29,656 nt of DNA, from positions 1 through 29,656 of the forward strand of contig JBHHXT010000044.1 in the NCBI GenBank assembly GCA_046757165.1, in the 5' to 3' direction. Positions 19,487-28,328 of this stretch are shown in pieces; the stretch's first letter is position 1; the number at the start of each line of letters is the position of its first letter. The notes beneath the pieces were generated by a model. It was not told the origin of the DNA. It was given only the letters and a program-made list of their open reading frames with translations, and ran no database searches. The DNA is from a bacterium (lineage in GTDB: Bacteria > Zhuqueibacterota > Zhuqueibacteria > Oceanimicrobiales > Oceanimicrobiaceae). The position numbers and the translations under genes are program-made.

Positions 19487-19515
19487 GCAAGGTTTGGTTC
19501 ACAACGTCCAACAAG

Positions 19516-21720
19516 CTAATTGTTCAAGACATCCTCCGGGAAGCGGGCTTCCACGATTGGGATGATAATCTCTTCGCCGGCCACCAGATTCGACAAATCC
19601 CGGTCAGGATTGTGTTTCTTCAGCAACCAATGCGGCATTTCGAAATTCCGGTTACAGATCAACCAGATATTGTCCCCTGGCTTGACTTTGTAGACGGCTT
19701 CCCCTTCTACAGTGAAGTTGCGGTAAAAATCTTCCTCGATGCCCTGGTGATATTCGACGCGGCGCCGGTGGAATTCTTCAGGAGTGACATTCTCGAACGT
19801 CAGCCAGAGCGGCTGGCCAATGCGAATGGGCGTCCCGTAGGACATGCGATTGATTCGGCGTAGTTTGTGGGTCGGGACGCTTAGCCAATCAGCGAAGTGG
19901 CCAAGGGTCTCATCGGGCTCGACCACGACCTGGCCGTTGAGCGGCATGTCGATATCGCGGAAGGACTCGTGGATGGTCTCGACTTTCGGCGCCACCACGA
20001 CCCGGATGTCCATGTCCTGGGTCAGCTCAACGTAGTGGTCAGGTAGCGCCATTTCCATGATGTCTTCGACAGACTCGGACCGGCTTGCCATCTCCGTGAC
20101 CAACACCATACTTAGTTCACCTCTCTGAGCAGGCGCAGGAGCCTCTCTCATCTGCGACTTACTCGGCAGATAACTCACCTCGTCGCTCTCCGCAAGGCTG
20201 GTGCCGCTGACCTCCGCGGTCCCTGTTTCTTCAAGTGTCTCCAACCGGACGGTAGGTGGGACATCCATCAAACTGGGTTTTTCCTCCTTTTTCAAATCAG
20301 CTTCAGCTAACTGAGTCTCTTTGGGAGCTGTTTTTTGATGCACTTTCCGTACCGAAGTGACACGCGTGCCAAAAGGAATCTGCAAGTTCTGTCCAGCATA
20401 GATGCGGTGCGCATTACGGATGTTGTTCGCGGCCATCAAATCGGAGAGCGGGACACGATATCTGCGCGCGATCTGGGTCAGGTTCTCGCCCGGGCGAACC
20501 CGGTGCCACTCGGGCGTGACCTGCCGGTCATGCTTGAGCTCGGGCGAGATTTGCGCATACCGGGTCGCCAGGTCCACGCCGGCCTCTCGAGGCAAACGAA
20601 TGACGTAGTTCTTAGGAATCCTCCGCCTCGACTTCAAGACCGGGCTGCGGAGAGCAGGATTATACTCGGCAAAGGTCTCCGCATCCAAGCCCAGCTTCTT
20701 GAGCAAAGCCTTGACCGTGATGTAGTCGGGAATTTTGTACTTCACGTACTCCTTCGGTTGATAGAATTGCAGACCCCCAAAGTACTTAGTGTAATTTGTC
20801 GCGACATGGAGCGCAGCAAGAAATTCGGAGTAAAAATTTCGCGAGGCGAAACCAAAGCTGCGGCTGCGATAATATCTTGCAATTTTGCCGATATCCGTGC
20901 CGAATTTCCGCTTGGCCCGCACCATGCCGTTGCGGCCATGATTATAGGCTGTGATGGCGAGCGGCCAGGACCCCAGGGTCTGATGGTTTTGTTTCAAAAG
21001 CCGAGCCGCGGCCCTCGTGGCCACAACCGGATCCAGCCGCTGATCGACATTGTAGTTGATGATCATGAACCGACGGCCGGTTGAGCGAGTAAACTGCCAC
21101 AAGCCGGCTGCGCCGAGCTTGGAATAGGCTCTGTAGTTGAACGAGGACTCGACATGTGGGAGCACCAGCAGCTCGAGCGGCAACCCCTTTTCCTGGAAAA
21201 TCTCCCGCATCTTATGCAAGTAGAGACCCGAACGTATCAATCCTGTCTGAAACCTTTCCCTGAGGCCGGTCTGCCCTCGAATGCGGTGTGCAGCCGTACG
21301 CAATTGCTTGGATCGTACTTTCGGGCCGAACAGAGCGGCAACGCGTTTTTCTCTGCCACGCAATGAAGAAAGGTCAATTTTTCCCCGGCGAGATAATCGC
21401 AGCAAGATGGCTTTGTATCCCTTTTTGATCTCTTCGATCTTTTTCCACTGAATACGCGTGCTGACATTTGCCCCCCTGAACAGCGAATCCAAATGCACCA
21501 CCTCGTAGACAATATTCAAATCCCACGAGTCATGAATGATCACCTCGCGTTCGGAGTATCGGGCGTAGACATTTTTCCAGAACTCCACGTTTGGTTTTAA
21601 AACCTCGGGTAGTGGAAACAGCTCGTGCGAATAGTGGTTCGTTTGAGTGAAAGCTGTATCAGCAAAATACAGTTTTACGATAAATGAAAGAATTAGAACA
21701 ATTTTACAAGATCTTAACAT
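19516..21720 (-). CDS. MltD-like lytic transglycosylase with SLT and multiple LysM domains
   Basis: Likely start MLRSCKIVLILSF at 21720 after GGAGAG. PHVESSFNYRAYSKLGAAGLWQF, WPLAITAYNHG; LysM HRVRPGENLTQIARRY...IYAGQNLQIP; further LysM-like VEPDETLGHFADWL and YKVKPGDNIW. Confidence 0.92.
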   Translation of the reverse strand: MLRSCKIVLILSFIVKLYFADTAFTQTNHYSHELFPLPEVLKPNVEFWKNVYARYSEREVIIHDSWDLNIVYEVVHLDSLFRGANVSTRIQWKKIEEIKKGYKAILLRLSRRGKIDLSSLRGREKRVAALFGPKVRSKQLRTAAHRIRGQTGLRERFQTGLIRSGLYLHKMREIFQEKGLPLELLVLPHVESSFNYRAYSKLGAAGLWQFTRSTGRRFMIINYNVDQRLDPVVATRAAARLLKQNHQTLGSWPLAITAYNHGRNGMVRAKRKFGTDIGKIARYYRSRSFGFASRNFYSEFLAALHVATNYTKYFGGLQFYQPKEYVKYKIPDYITVKALLKKLGLDAETFAEYNPALRSPVLKSRRRIPKNYVIRLPREAGVDLATRYAQISPELKHDRQVTPEWHRVRPGENLTQIARRYRVPLSDLMAANNIRNAHRIYAGQNLQIPFGTRVTSVRKVHQKTAPKETQLAEADLKKEEKPSLMDVPPTVRLETLEETGTAEVSGTSLAESDEVSYLPSKSQMREAPAPAQRGELSMVLVTEMASRSESVEDIMEMALPDHYVELTQDMDIRVVVAPKVETIHESFRDIDMPLNGQVVVEPDETLGHFADWLSVPTHKLRRINRMSYGTPIRIGQPLWLTFENVTPEEFHRRRVEYHQGIEEDFYRNFTVEGEAVYKVKPGDNIWLICNRNFEMPHWLLKKHNPDRDLSNLVAGEEIIIPIVEARFPEDVLNN

Positions 21721-21925
21721 ACAACTCTCCAAAGAGAAACGCTTAGCGGGTCCTTTACCAATTAAATACAAAGTTTTAGCAATATCCATTCCAGACGCCA
21801 ATGCAGGGTGGCTTTTGCCTGTTCGAAAAAAAGCACCGGGTTCATGCCGGCCTCCGGTCAAAGATTTTATCGACCAGCCGCACCGGTTTCTGTTCAAATC
21901 AAAAGGCTTTTCTGGTCGAATCCGT

Positions 21926-21953
21926 AATATAAGAGCAATCGGAAGAAAAGCAA
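21926..21953 (-). promoter_or_regulatory. Possible sigma70 promoter toward the SLT-LysM gene
   Basis: Minus strand TTGCTT-N16-TATATT. Confidence 0.4.
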
Positions 21954-22017
21954 GTCTCGAGTCTATCTTTTCAGGAAGAAAACCTAAATCAAGATTTCGT
22001 AATATTGCACCATGTCT

Positions 22018-22046
22018 TTGCTTCTAAGCACAGAATCCGTTATATT
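22018..22046 (+). promoter_or_regulatory. Sigma70 promoter of the MinD/FlhG-like gene
   Basis: TTGCTT (22018-22023), 17-nt spacer, TATATT (22041-22046), 45 nt upstream of the ATG. Confidence 0.55.
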
Positions 22047-22091
22047 CGCATCCAACTACAGGTGGCCCGAAAGTCGAAAAGGACATGACTT

Positions 22092-23396
22092 ATGGAGAAT
22101 TTGTTCATCAAGGTGGACCAGAGAGAATTTGGTCCTGTCTCGCTCACCGAACTCAAGGTTCTGGTCAAGGAAGGCAGCTTTTCTTCGGGAGATTACATCT
22201 GGAGTGACGACCTGGATGAATGGGTTCTCGCCGAGCATGTCGCCGAGCTGAAATCCTTGTTCAACAAAGCAAACAGCAACGGGGAGTATAGCAACAAGAT
22301 CTATGCAGTGGCCAGCGGCAAAGGCGGCGTTGGCAAAACCGTGCTCTCGTCTTCACTAGGTATCGGACTCGCCTCCATGGGCCAGCAAGTGATCATCGTG
22401 GATGCGGATTTTGGCGGCGCCAATCTTCACACCTGCATGGGTATCCTGGAGCCGGAATACACCTTTTTTGACTTCTATACCTTGCAGAAAGATTCCCTCA
22501 GTGAAATCGTTCTGGAAACGCCGATTGAAAATTTGCAAATGATCAGCGGCGCCTGCGGGACGCTTGGGCTGGCCAACCCGAAATACTTCCAGAAACAACG
22601 CTTTGTCCGTGAGCTCAAGAAACTATATGCTGACACCATTATCCTGGATCTGGGTGCCGGCTCAGGATATAACATCCTCGATTTCTTTTTGCTGGCTGAC
22701 GAAAAAATCATCGTCATGACGCCGGAGCCGACTTCGGTCTTTGAAGTGTTTGGTTTTATCAAGGTTTGCCTCATGCGAGAGCTTACCCGGCGCTTGAAAG
22801 ACTATCCCAAAGCGCTGGCGATCATCGCAAAGGAAGAAATCAATCGTCCCGGGAAAATCCAGATGACGGTCGGGGATCTCCTGCGAGAGGTTGAAAAGAT
22901 CAGCACCGAGGCGGCTGAGATCTTCGAGCAAACACTCGAGTCCCTGACGCCGAAACTTATTCTAAACATGGTCAAGGACCACGATGAAGTCAAGGAAGCG
23001 CAGGCCATTCAGGCAGCGGCCCTGGAGCTATTGTGTGTTCACCTGGAATTCCTCGGCTATATCTCCTATGATCCGCAGGTCAAAGAGGCGGTCAAGGCGT
23101 TGAGGCCCTTCCTGTTGCACAATCCGAAATCGAAACCTTCTCAGGATTTATCCGCACTTATCCGTGTCAGTTTGCTGGGCAAAAAAGGGATGAAAGAAAT
23201 CCTCGAGAAACGCCGCTGGCGCAAATACGTCGAAAGCTGTGCCAAAGAGTATCCGGAGCGAGACGTGCTGGCACACGCCCCGATCTGCTCGGTGAAATGC
23301 TTCTACTGGGGGGATTGCGAGTACCAGGATGGCGGCAATCCCTGCCGGGTGCGCCACCTGGAGCCGGTTTTGCGTGAGTCGGCCGTGATTGCTTGA
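22092..23396 (+). CDS. MinD/FlhG(FleN)-like ATPase with N-terminal GYF_2 (DUF4339) domain and C-terminal Cys4 motif
   Basis: GYF_2 pattern FGPVSLTELKVLVKEG...YIWSDDLDEWVLAEHVAELK; deviant Walker A SGKGGVGKT, DADFGGANLH, ILDLGAG, TPEPTS, LILNMV; tail CSVKCFYWGDCEYQDGGNPC. Confidence 0.88.
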   Translation: MENLFIKVDQREFGPVSLTELKVLVKEGSFSSGDYIWSDDLDEWVLAEHVAELKSLFNKANSNGEYSNKIYAVASGKGGVGKTVLSSSLGIGLASMGQQVIIVDADFGGANLHTCMGILEPEYTFFDFYTLQKDSLSEIVLETPIENLQMISGACGTLGLANPKYFQKQRFVRELKKLYADTIILDLGAGSGYNILDFFLLADEKIIVMTPEPTSVFEVFGFIKVCLMRELTRRLKDYPKALAIIAKEEINRPGKIQMTVGDLLREVEKISTEAAEIFEQTLESLTPKLILNMVKDHDEVKEAQAIQAAALELLCVHLEFLGYISYDPQVKEAVKALRPFLLHNPKSKPSQDLSALIRVSLLGKKGMKEILEKRRWRKYVESCAKEYPERDVLAHAPICSVKCFYWGDCEYQDGGNPCRVRHLEPVLRESAVIA

Positions 23397-23451
23397 GAGG
23401 GTCCAATCGGGGCACCCCCCAAAAAACTTCCTGGCAATGCCATTTTTCCTG

Positions 23452-23480
23452 TTGACAACTTCAAATTAAAATATTAGCTT
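23452..23480 (+). promoter_or_regulatory. Sigma70 promoter of rocD
   Basis: TTGACA (23452-23457), 17-nt spacer, TAGCTT (23475-23480). Confidence 0.7.
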
Positions 23481-23499
23481 CAATGCGCCAAAGTCAGGT

Positions 23500-23594
23500 A
23501 GATCGTAGATCGTAGATCGCATATCATAAATCGTATGTGTCGAGTCCAGAATTCGATATACGATATATGATTGACGATCTGGGATTTACGATTG
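23500..23594. repeat. Inverted array of degenerate 7-bp tandem repeats
   Basis: Left arm AGATCGT AGATCGT AGATCGC ATATCAT AAATCGT (23500-23534). Right arm TCGATAT ACGATAT ATGATTG ACGATCT GGGATTT ACGATTG (23553-23594) is the same unit reverse-complemented. Confidence 0.85.
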
Positions 23595-23658
23595 GCGCAA
23601 ACACCTAACAGCCTACAGTCTAAACCCCTGAATGACACAAGAAACCGGAGGAAAAGCT

Positions 23659-24876
23659 GTGCAGAGGACAAAGCAGGAATACATCGCACTGGAGGAGAAG
23701 TACGGTGCACACAACTACCACCCCCTCGACATCGTCGTCACGCGCGCAGAAGGGGTCTGGGTTTATGACGTCGAGGGCAACCAGTATATGGATTGCCTGA
23801 GCGCCTATTCCGCCCTCAACCAGGGCCACTGCCACCCGAAGATCCTGGCCGCCTTCCAGGACCAGGCCCGCAAAGTGACGTTGACTTCCCGCGCCTTTCG
23901 CAATGACAAGCTGCCGCTTTTCTGCCAAAAACTGGCGACGCTTTCCGACATGGACATGGTGCTGCCGATGAACTCCGGTGCGGAAGCGGTGGAAACCGCG
24001 ATCAAGGCTGCCAGAAAATGGGGCTACAAAGTGAAATCCATTCCGGACGGCCAGGCCGAAATCATTGTTTGTGAAAACAACTTCCATGGTCGCACTACCA
24101 CGATTGTGGGCTTTTCCACAGAAGAGCAATATCTGGACGGGTTTGGCCCGTTTACTCCGGGATTCAAGGTCATCCCCTTCGGAGATGCCGCGGCGCTCGA
24201 ACAGGCGATAACGCCAAACACGTGCGCTTTCCTGGTCGAGCCGATTCAGGGCGAGGCCGGGATCCTGATTCCGCCGGAGGGCTATCTGGCAAAGGCACAC
24301 GAGTTGTGCAAAAGGAACCAGGTCCTGTTTATTGTCGACGAAATTCAAAGCGGCCTCGGTCGCTCGGGCAAGCTCTTCGCCTACCAGTATGAAGACGTGA
24401 CTCCCGATGCCATCATCGTTGGCAAAGCCCTCTCGGGTGGTTTTATGCCCGTTTCAGCCGTTCTGGCGCGCAAAGACGTGCTCGGCGTCTTCAGGCCGGG
24501 GGACCACGGCAGCACTTTCGGCGGCAGCCCACTCGCGTGTGCGGTTGGGCTCGCGGCCCTGGATGTGATCACAGAAGAAGGACTGATCGAGCGGTCTTAC
24601 GACCTCGGAAAGATCTTTATCGATAAGCTGAGGACTATCGATTGTCCCAGGATCGTCGACATCCGCGGCAGAGGGCTGTTTATCGGTGTGGAGCTCGACA
24701 CGCAAGCCCGGCCCTATTGTGAGACGCTGATGGAAGAAGGGTTGCTGTGCAAAGAAACGCACGAAAATGTCATCCGCTTCGCGCCACCGCTGGTGATTAC
24801 CGAAGAGGAGCTCCAGTGGGCGTTTGAACGCATCAAAGTGGTGCTGGAGCATGAAACAAAGGTTGCTTCAACTTGA
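23659..24876 (+). CDS. rocD: Ornithine--oxo-acid aminotransferase
   Basis: GTG at 23659 follows GGAGG (alternative ATG at 23632). [65 protein letters not shown]-lysine GKALSGG, HGSTFGG. Confidence 0.95.
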   Translation: MQRTKQEYIALEEKYGAHNYHPLDIVVTRAEGVWVYDVEGNQYMDCLSAYSALNQGHCHPKILAAFQDQARKVTLTSRAFRNDKLPLFCQKLATLSDMDMVLPMNSGAEAVETAIKAARKWGYKVKSIPDGQAEIIVCENNFHGRTTTIVGFSTEEQYLDGFGPFTPGFKVIPFGDAAALEQAITPNTCAFLVEPIQGEAGILIPPEGYLAKAHELCKRNQVLFIVDEIQSGLGRSGKLFAYQYEDVTPDAIIVGKALSGGFMPVSAVLARKDVLGVFRPGDHGSTFGGSPLACAVGLAALDVITEEGLIERSYDLGKIFIDKLRTIDCPRIVDIRGRGLFIGVELDTQARPYCETLMEEGLLCKETHENVIRFAPPLVITEEELQWAFERIKVVLEHETKVAST

Positions 24877-24960
24877 ACTTGTCGAACCCGTCTTTTCTTC
24901 TCAAAGGCTACCCACAACGCTGAGGCATAAATTACTCACCACACTTTTTGAGGAGGAGGA

Positions 24961-27117
24961 ATGTCTATCCGGACAACGGCCTTGCTGATTTTCTGTCTCG
25001 CTGCCGTGCTGCTTTGCCACACAACGGCTCATGCCCAGCCAGGACCAGTGCTGTTCTCACCGCCGCTCAGCCCGCGCATCGCTAACTACAACATCGATGT
25101 TCGCCTCGATGCCGAGAGCAAGATGCTCGATGGGCAGGAGGTACTGATCTGGCACAACCAAAGCCGCGACGCCATCGACGAGCTGCAATTTCATCTCTAT
25201 CTCAATGCGTTTCGCAACACCGAGACCACCTTGATGAAAGAATCCGGCAGCAGGACCCGCGGCAAACGCGTACCGGACAACGGCTGGGGATTCATCGAGG
25301 TCGCGAGCCTGAAGGTCAATTACGCCGCTGGTGTGAAAACAGACTGGCTTTCCCTTACCCCATCGACGGCGTGGCAAGTCGTCGACGCGGCTCACGATTT
25401 GACCTCTGAGATGCGTTTTATTCAACCTGATGACGGCAACAAGAACGACCGCACCGTCTTTGCCGTACCCCTCCCGAGGCCGCTGCGACCCGGTGAGGCG
25501 GTCGCTGTCCACATCGATTTCAGAGCAAAGCTCCCTGAGCCGCCCATCGAGCGCTCGGGTGCAAAGAAAGAATTCTTCTTTGTGGCACAGTGGTTTCCGA
25601 AGATCGGTGTCTACGCAGATGACGGCTGGAATACCCACCAGTACCACTACAACTCGGAATTCTTTGCTGATTTCGGGGTTTACAATGTCCGGATGACCGT
25701 GCCGGACAGTTATATCGTCGGGGCGACCGGCGTGGAGGTGGAGGTGACGGACAACAGCGATGGCACGCGCACCCACGTCTACCACGCCGAAGATGTGCAC
25801 GATTTTGCCTGGAGCGCCAGCCCGGAGTTTGTTGAATTCACCGGCAGGGCCGATGACGTCGACATCCGGCTGCTGTTGCAGCCAGACCACGTCGACCTGG
25901 CTGAGCGTCATCTCCGGGCCGCCGAATACGCCATCGAAACGTTCCAGGATTGGTACGGCGATTACCCCTATCCCAATCTGACGCTTGTCGACCCCAGACG
26001 AGGCGCAGCCGCGACGGGCGGTATGGAATATCCGACCTTCATCGCGACGTTTGCCAACTACCGCGCCCCCCGGGGAATCCATCTTCTTGAAGAAGTGGTC
26101 ATTCACGAATTTGGCCACAACTACTGGTACCTGATGCTTGCTTCCAATGAATTCGAGGAAAGCTGGCTGGATGAAGGCATCAATACCTACACCGATATTC
26201 AACTGCTTGGCAACCCGCATGGCCCGGCCGGCGCCATGGTCGATTTCCTGGGCATCGAGCTCAGTCCGGTGCAATACCACCGGGTGCCCATCATCTTTGG
26301 GGGCGACCGCGATCCGATTTTGCGCAAATCATGGGAGTTTTATTCCTCTGGCAGCTACGGTGTCAACTCGTATGCCAAGCCCGGTATCGTTCTCACCACC
26401 TTGAAAAATTATCTCGGCGAGGGCGTCATGCGCAAGGTCATGCGGACCTACGTCGAACGCTGGCGGTTCAGACACCCGACAAGCCAGAACTTCTTCGACA
26501 TCGTCAACGAGGTGTCCGGGCAGGATATGAGCTGGTTTCTCGAACAGGCCTTCCGCACCACAAAGGAGCTGGACTATGCGGTCACGCGTGTTTTCACGCG
26601 CAAAATAAATGATCCGAAAGGCTTTGACTATACGCTTTCAACTTCGCAAGAGGACACATCTCTCATACAATCTGAACCTGTGGACAAGGACACCGGCAGC
26701 GCGGACACGGCTGTAGCGGATGACGAGGCCGCCCTGGCTGACACCGGGACTGAAAAAAGCCAGGCCGCAGAGTTGTACCACAGCGGCGTCAACGTCCGAC
26801 GTCTGGGTGAGTTTCAATTCCCGGTGCAGATAGAAGTGGTTTTTGAGGACGGCGAGATCAGGCGTGAAACCTGGGATGGCAAGGCGTTGTGGAAGAAATT
26901 TCGCTACACCCGGCCCGCGAAGCTCGCCGCCGCCACCGTCGATCCCGAGGGGAAAATCCCGTTGGACATCAACCTCACGAACAATAGCAAGACGGTTGAA
27001 AAGCAGGCGCGCGGGGTCAACAAACTTTCCGCCCGGTGGCTGTTCTGGATGCAGTTCTTGCTGGAGCAGCCGGACTTTATCAATCTGGTCATTGCGGGTG
27101 GCTCGACGCTGTTTTAG
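24961..27117 (+). CDS. Secreted M1-family metallo-aminopeptidase
   Basis: GAGGAGGAGG RBS; signal peptide ending AHA-QP; GGMEYP exopeptidase motif; HEFGH...WLDEG zinc motif; NSYAKP catalytic Tyr. Confidence 0.93.
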   Translation: MSIRTTALLIFCLAAVLLCHTTAHAQPGPVLFSPPLSPRIANYNIDVRLDAESKMLDGQEVLIWHNQSRDAIDELQFHLYLNAFRNTETTLMKESGSRTRGKRVPDNGWGFIEVASLKVNYAAGVKTDWLSLTPSTAWQVVDAAHDLTSEMRFIQPDDGNKNDRTVFAVPLPRPLRPGEAVAVHIDFRAKLPEPPIERSGAKKEFFFVAQWFPKIGVYADDGWNTHQYHYNSEFFADFGVYNVRMTVPDSYIVGATGVEVEVTDNSDGTRTHVYHAEDVHDFAWSASPEFVEFTGRADDVDIRLLLQPDHVDLAERHLRAAEYAIETFQDWYGDYPYPNLTLVDPRRGAAATGGMEYPTFIATFANYRAPRGIHLLEEVVIHEFGHNYWYLMLASNEFEESWLDEGINTYTDIQLLGNPHGPAGAMVDFLGIELSPVQYHRVPIIFGGDRDPILRKSWEFYSSGSYGVNSYAKPGIVLTTLKNYLGEGVMRKVMRTYVERWRFRHPTSQNFFDIVNEVSGQDMSWFLEQAFRTTKELDYAVTRVFTRKINDPKGFDYTLSTSQEDTSLIQSEPVDKDTGSADTAVADDEAALADTGTEKSQAAELYHSGVNVRRLGEFQFPVQIEVVFEDGEIRRETWDGKALWKKFRYTRPAKLAAATVDPEGKIPLDINLTNNSKTVEKQARGVNKLSARWLFWMQFLLEQPDFINLVIAGGSTLF

Positions 27118-27270
27118 TGATCCTACACAGTTGCAACTGTGTATGCCTCCAGGATTTGTGCACAAAACACGATTGCAAACGTTGCAAACCCTGTTGGTTC
27201 AGACTTGAATTAATTGTCTCCGCAAGAATGGGGGACATTCAGTTTCATCGCAGAGAGAGAGGGGAGATGA

Positions 27271-28170
27271 ATGGTTCTAAAAAGCCTCGGAAACGGTCTC
27301 ACTCAAATGTGGCGCAACAAACGCGTTATCCTGATATTCTACCTGAGTAATCTTCTTTTCGGCCTCGTCCTGATGCTGCCATTTCGGGCATCGCTGGCGG
27401 ATTTCGTTGGCCACAGCCTGATGGGGGCTGAGCTCGCCGGCCGCTTTGACATGAATTTTCTGTTTGAGTTCCTGAAGAACAATCCGAGCGTGCTGTCGAT
27501 TTACCAGACCCTGTTCTTTTTTGTGCCGACCGTGTACTGGCTGTTCTCTTTGTTTTTGTCTGGCGGCGCGTTCGCGCAATTTGCCAGCGACGCAAGCTTC
27601 TCAGCACACTTCTTTTGGGGCAGCGCCGCCAAGTACTTTGGTCGGTTTCTACGGTTGGCGCTTTTGAGCCTGCCTGTTCTCGGGTTGCTCCTCAGCTTGC
27701 AATTCATCGAGACCGGGGTCGAGCGCATCCTGTTCGGCAACGACCCGTACGAATACGTCACCTACTGGGGCGGCTGGATCAAATTCGCGCTGCGTGCCCT
27801 CGCGATCCTGCTGTTCAGCCTGATATTGGACTATGCCCGCATCCTCACGGTAGTCAGGGATGAGAACAAGATGCGCGCCGCGCTCTGGCAGGGCGTGCGG
27901 TTTGCTTTTGGCCATCTCGGTCAGACCTTCAGCCTGGCCTTCGTCTTGTTCCTGGCAGGAGGGCTGGCGCTCGCCATTTACTTTCCTGCGGCGGGCACCC
28001 TGTCAGCTCCCCATGGCCTGGTCATTTTGACGCTTTTTCTTCTGCAACAAGGATACGTGTTCTTCCGCATGGCTGTGCGCCTGACGCTCTATTCAAGTCA
28101 GATGTCTCTGTTCAGACAGGTGTCCGGTGCGCACGCGGGTGCGGGAGAACCGGTTGTGGCAGACTCTTGA
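27271..28170 (+). CDS. Integral membrane protein of unknown function (about 6 TM helices)
   Basis: GGGGAG RBS; alternating hydrophobic segments with KYFGRFLRL and DYARI motifs; directly follows the M1 peptidase gene. Confidence 0.8.
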   Translation: MVLKSLGNGLTQMWRNKRVILIFYLSNLLFGLVLMLPFRASLADFVGHSLMGAELAGRFDMNFLFEFLKNNPSVLSIYQTLFFFVPTVYWLFSLFLSGGAFAQFASDASFSAHFFWGSAAKYFGRFLRLALLSLPVLGLLLSLQFIETGVERILFGNDPYEYVTYWGGWIKFALRALAILLFSLILDYARILTVVRDENKMRAALWQGVRFAFGHLGQTFSLAFVLFLAGGLALAIYFPAAGTLSAPHGLVILTLFLLQQGYVFFRMAVRLTLYSSQMSLFRQVSGAHAGAGEPVVADS

Positions 28171-28302
28171 GAATGCAGGTTCGTGGTTCATGAGGTCTCC
28201 AGGCTATAAAAAAATCAGCGCTTGTTCGCAAATTTGTGTCCATTTCTCAATCCGCAACCTCCTGACCGCCCGGCATGACAGGCCACACACTGGCTCGGCT
28301 TC

Positions 28303-28328
28303 TCAAAAACACGGTTTCAAACCGTGTT
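28303..28328 (-). terminator. Palindrome / terminator-like hairpin
   Basis: AACACGGTTT-C-AAACCGTGTT (28308-28328); the T-run is on the minus strand only. Confidence 0.5.

Noticed and set aside
22092..23396. Naming the ATPase flhG, minD or soj
   Set aside because: Extra domains and the absence of flhF, minCE or parB context make orthology unsupported.
23500..23594. CRISPR array or DnaA-box origin
   Set aside because: Units are contiguous 7-mers without spacers, there are no cas genes, and no TTATCCACA boxes were seen.
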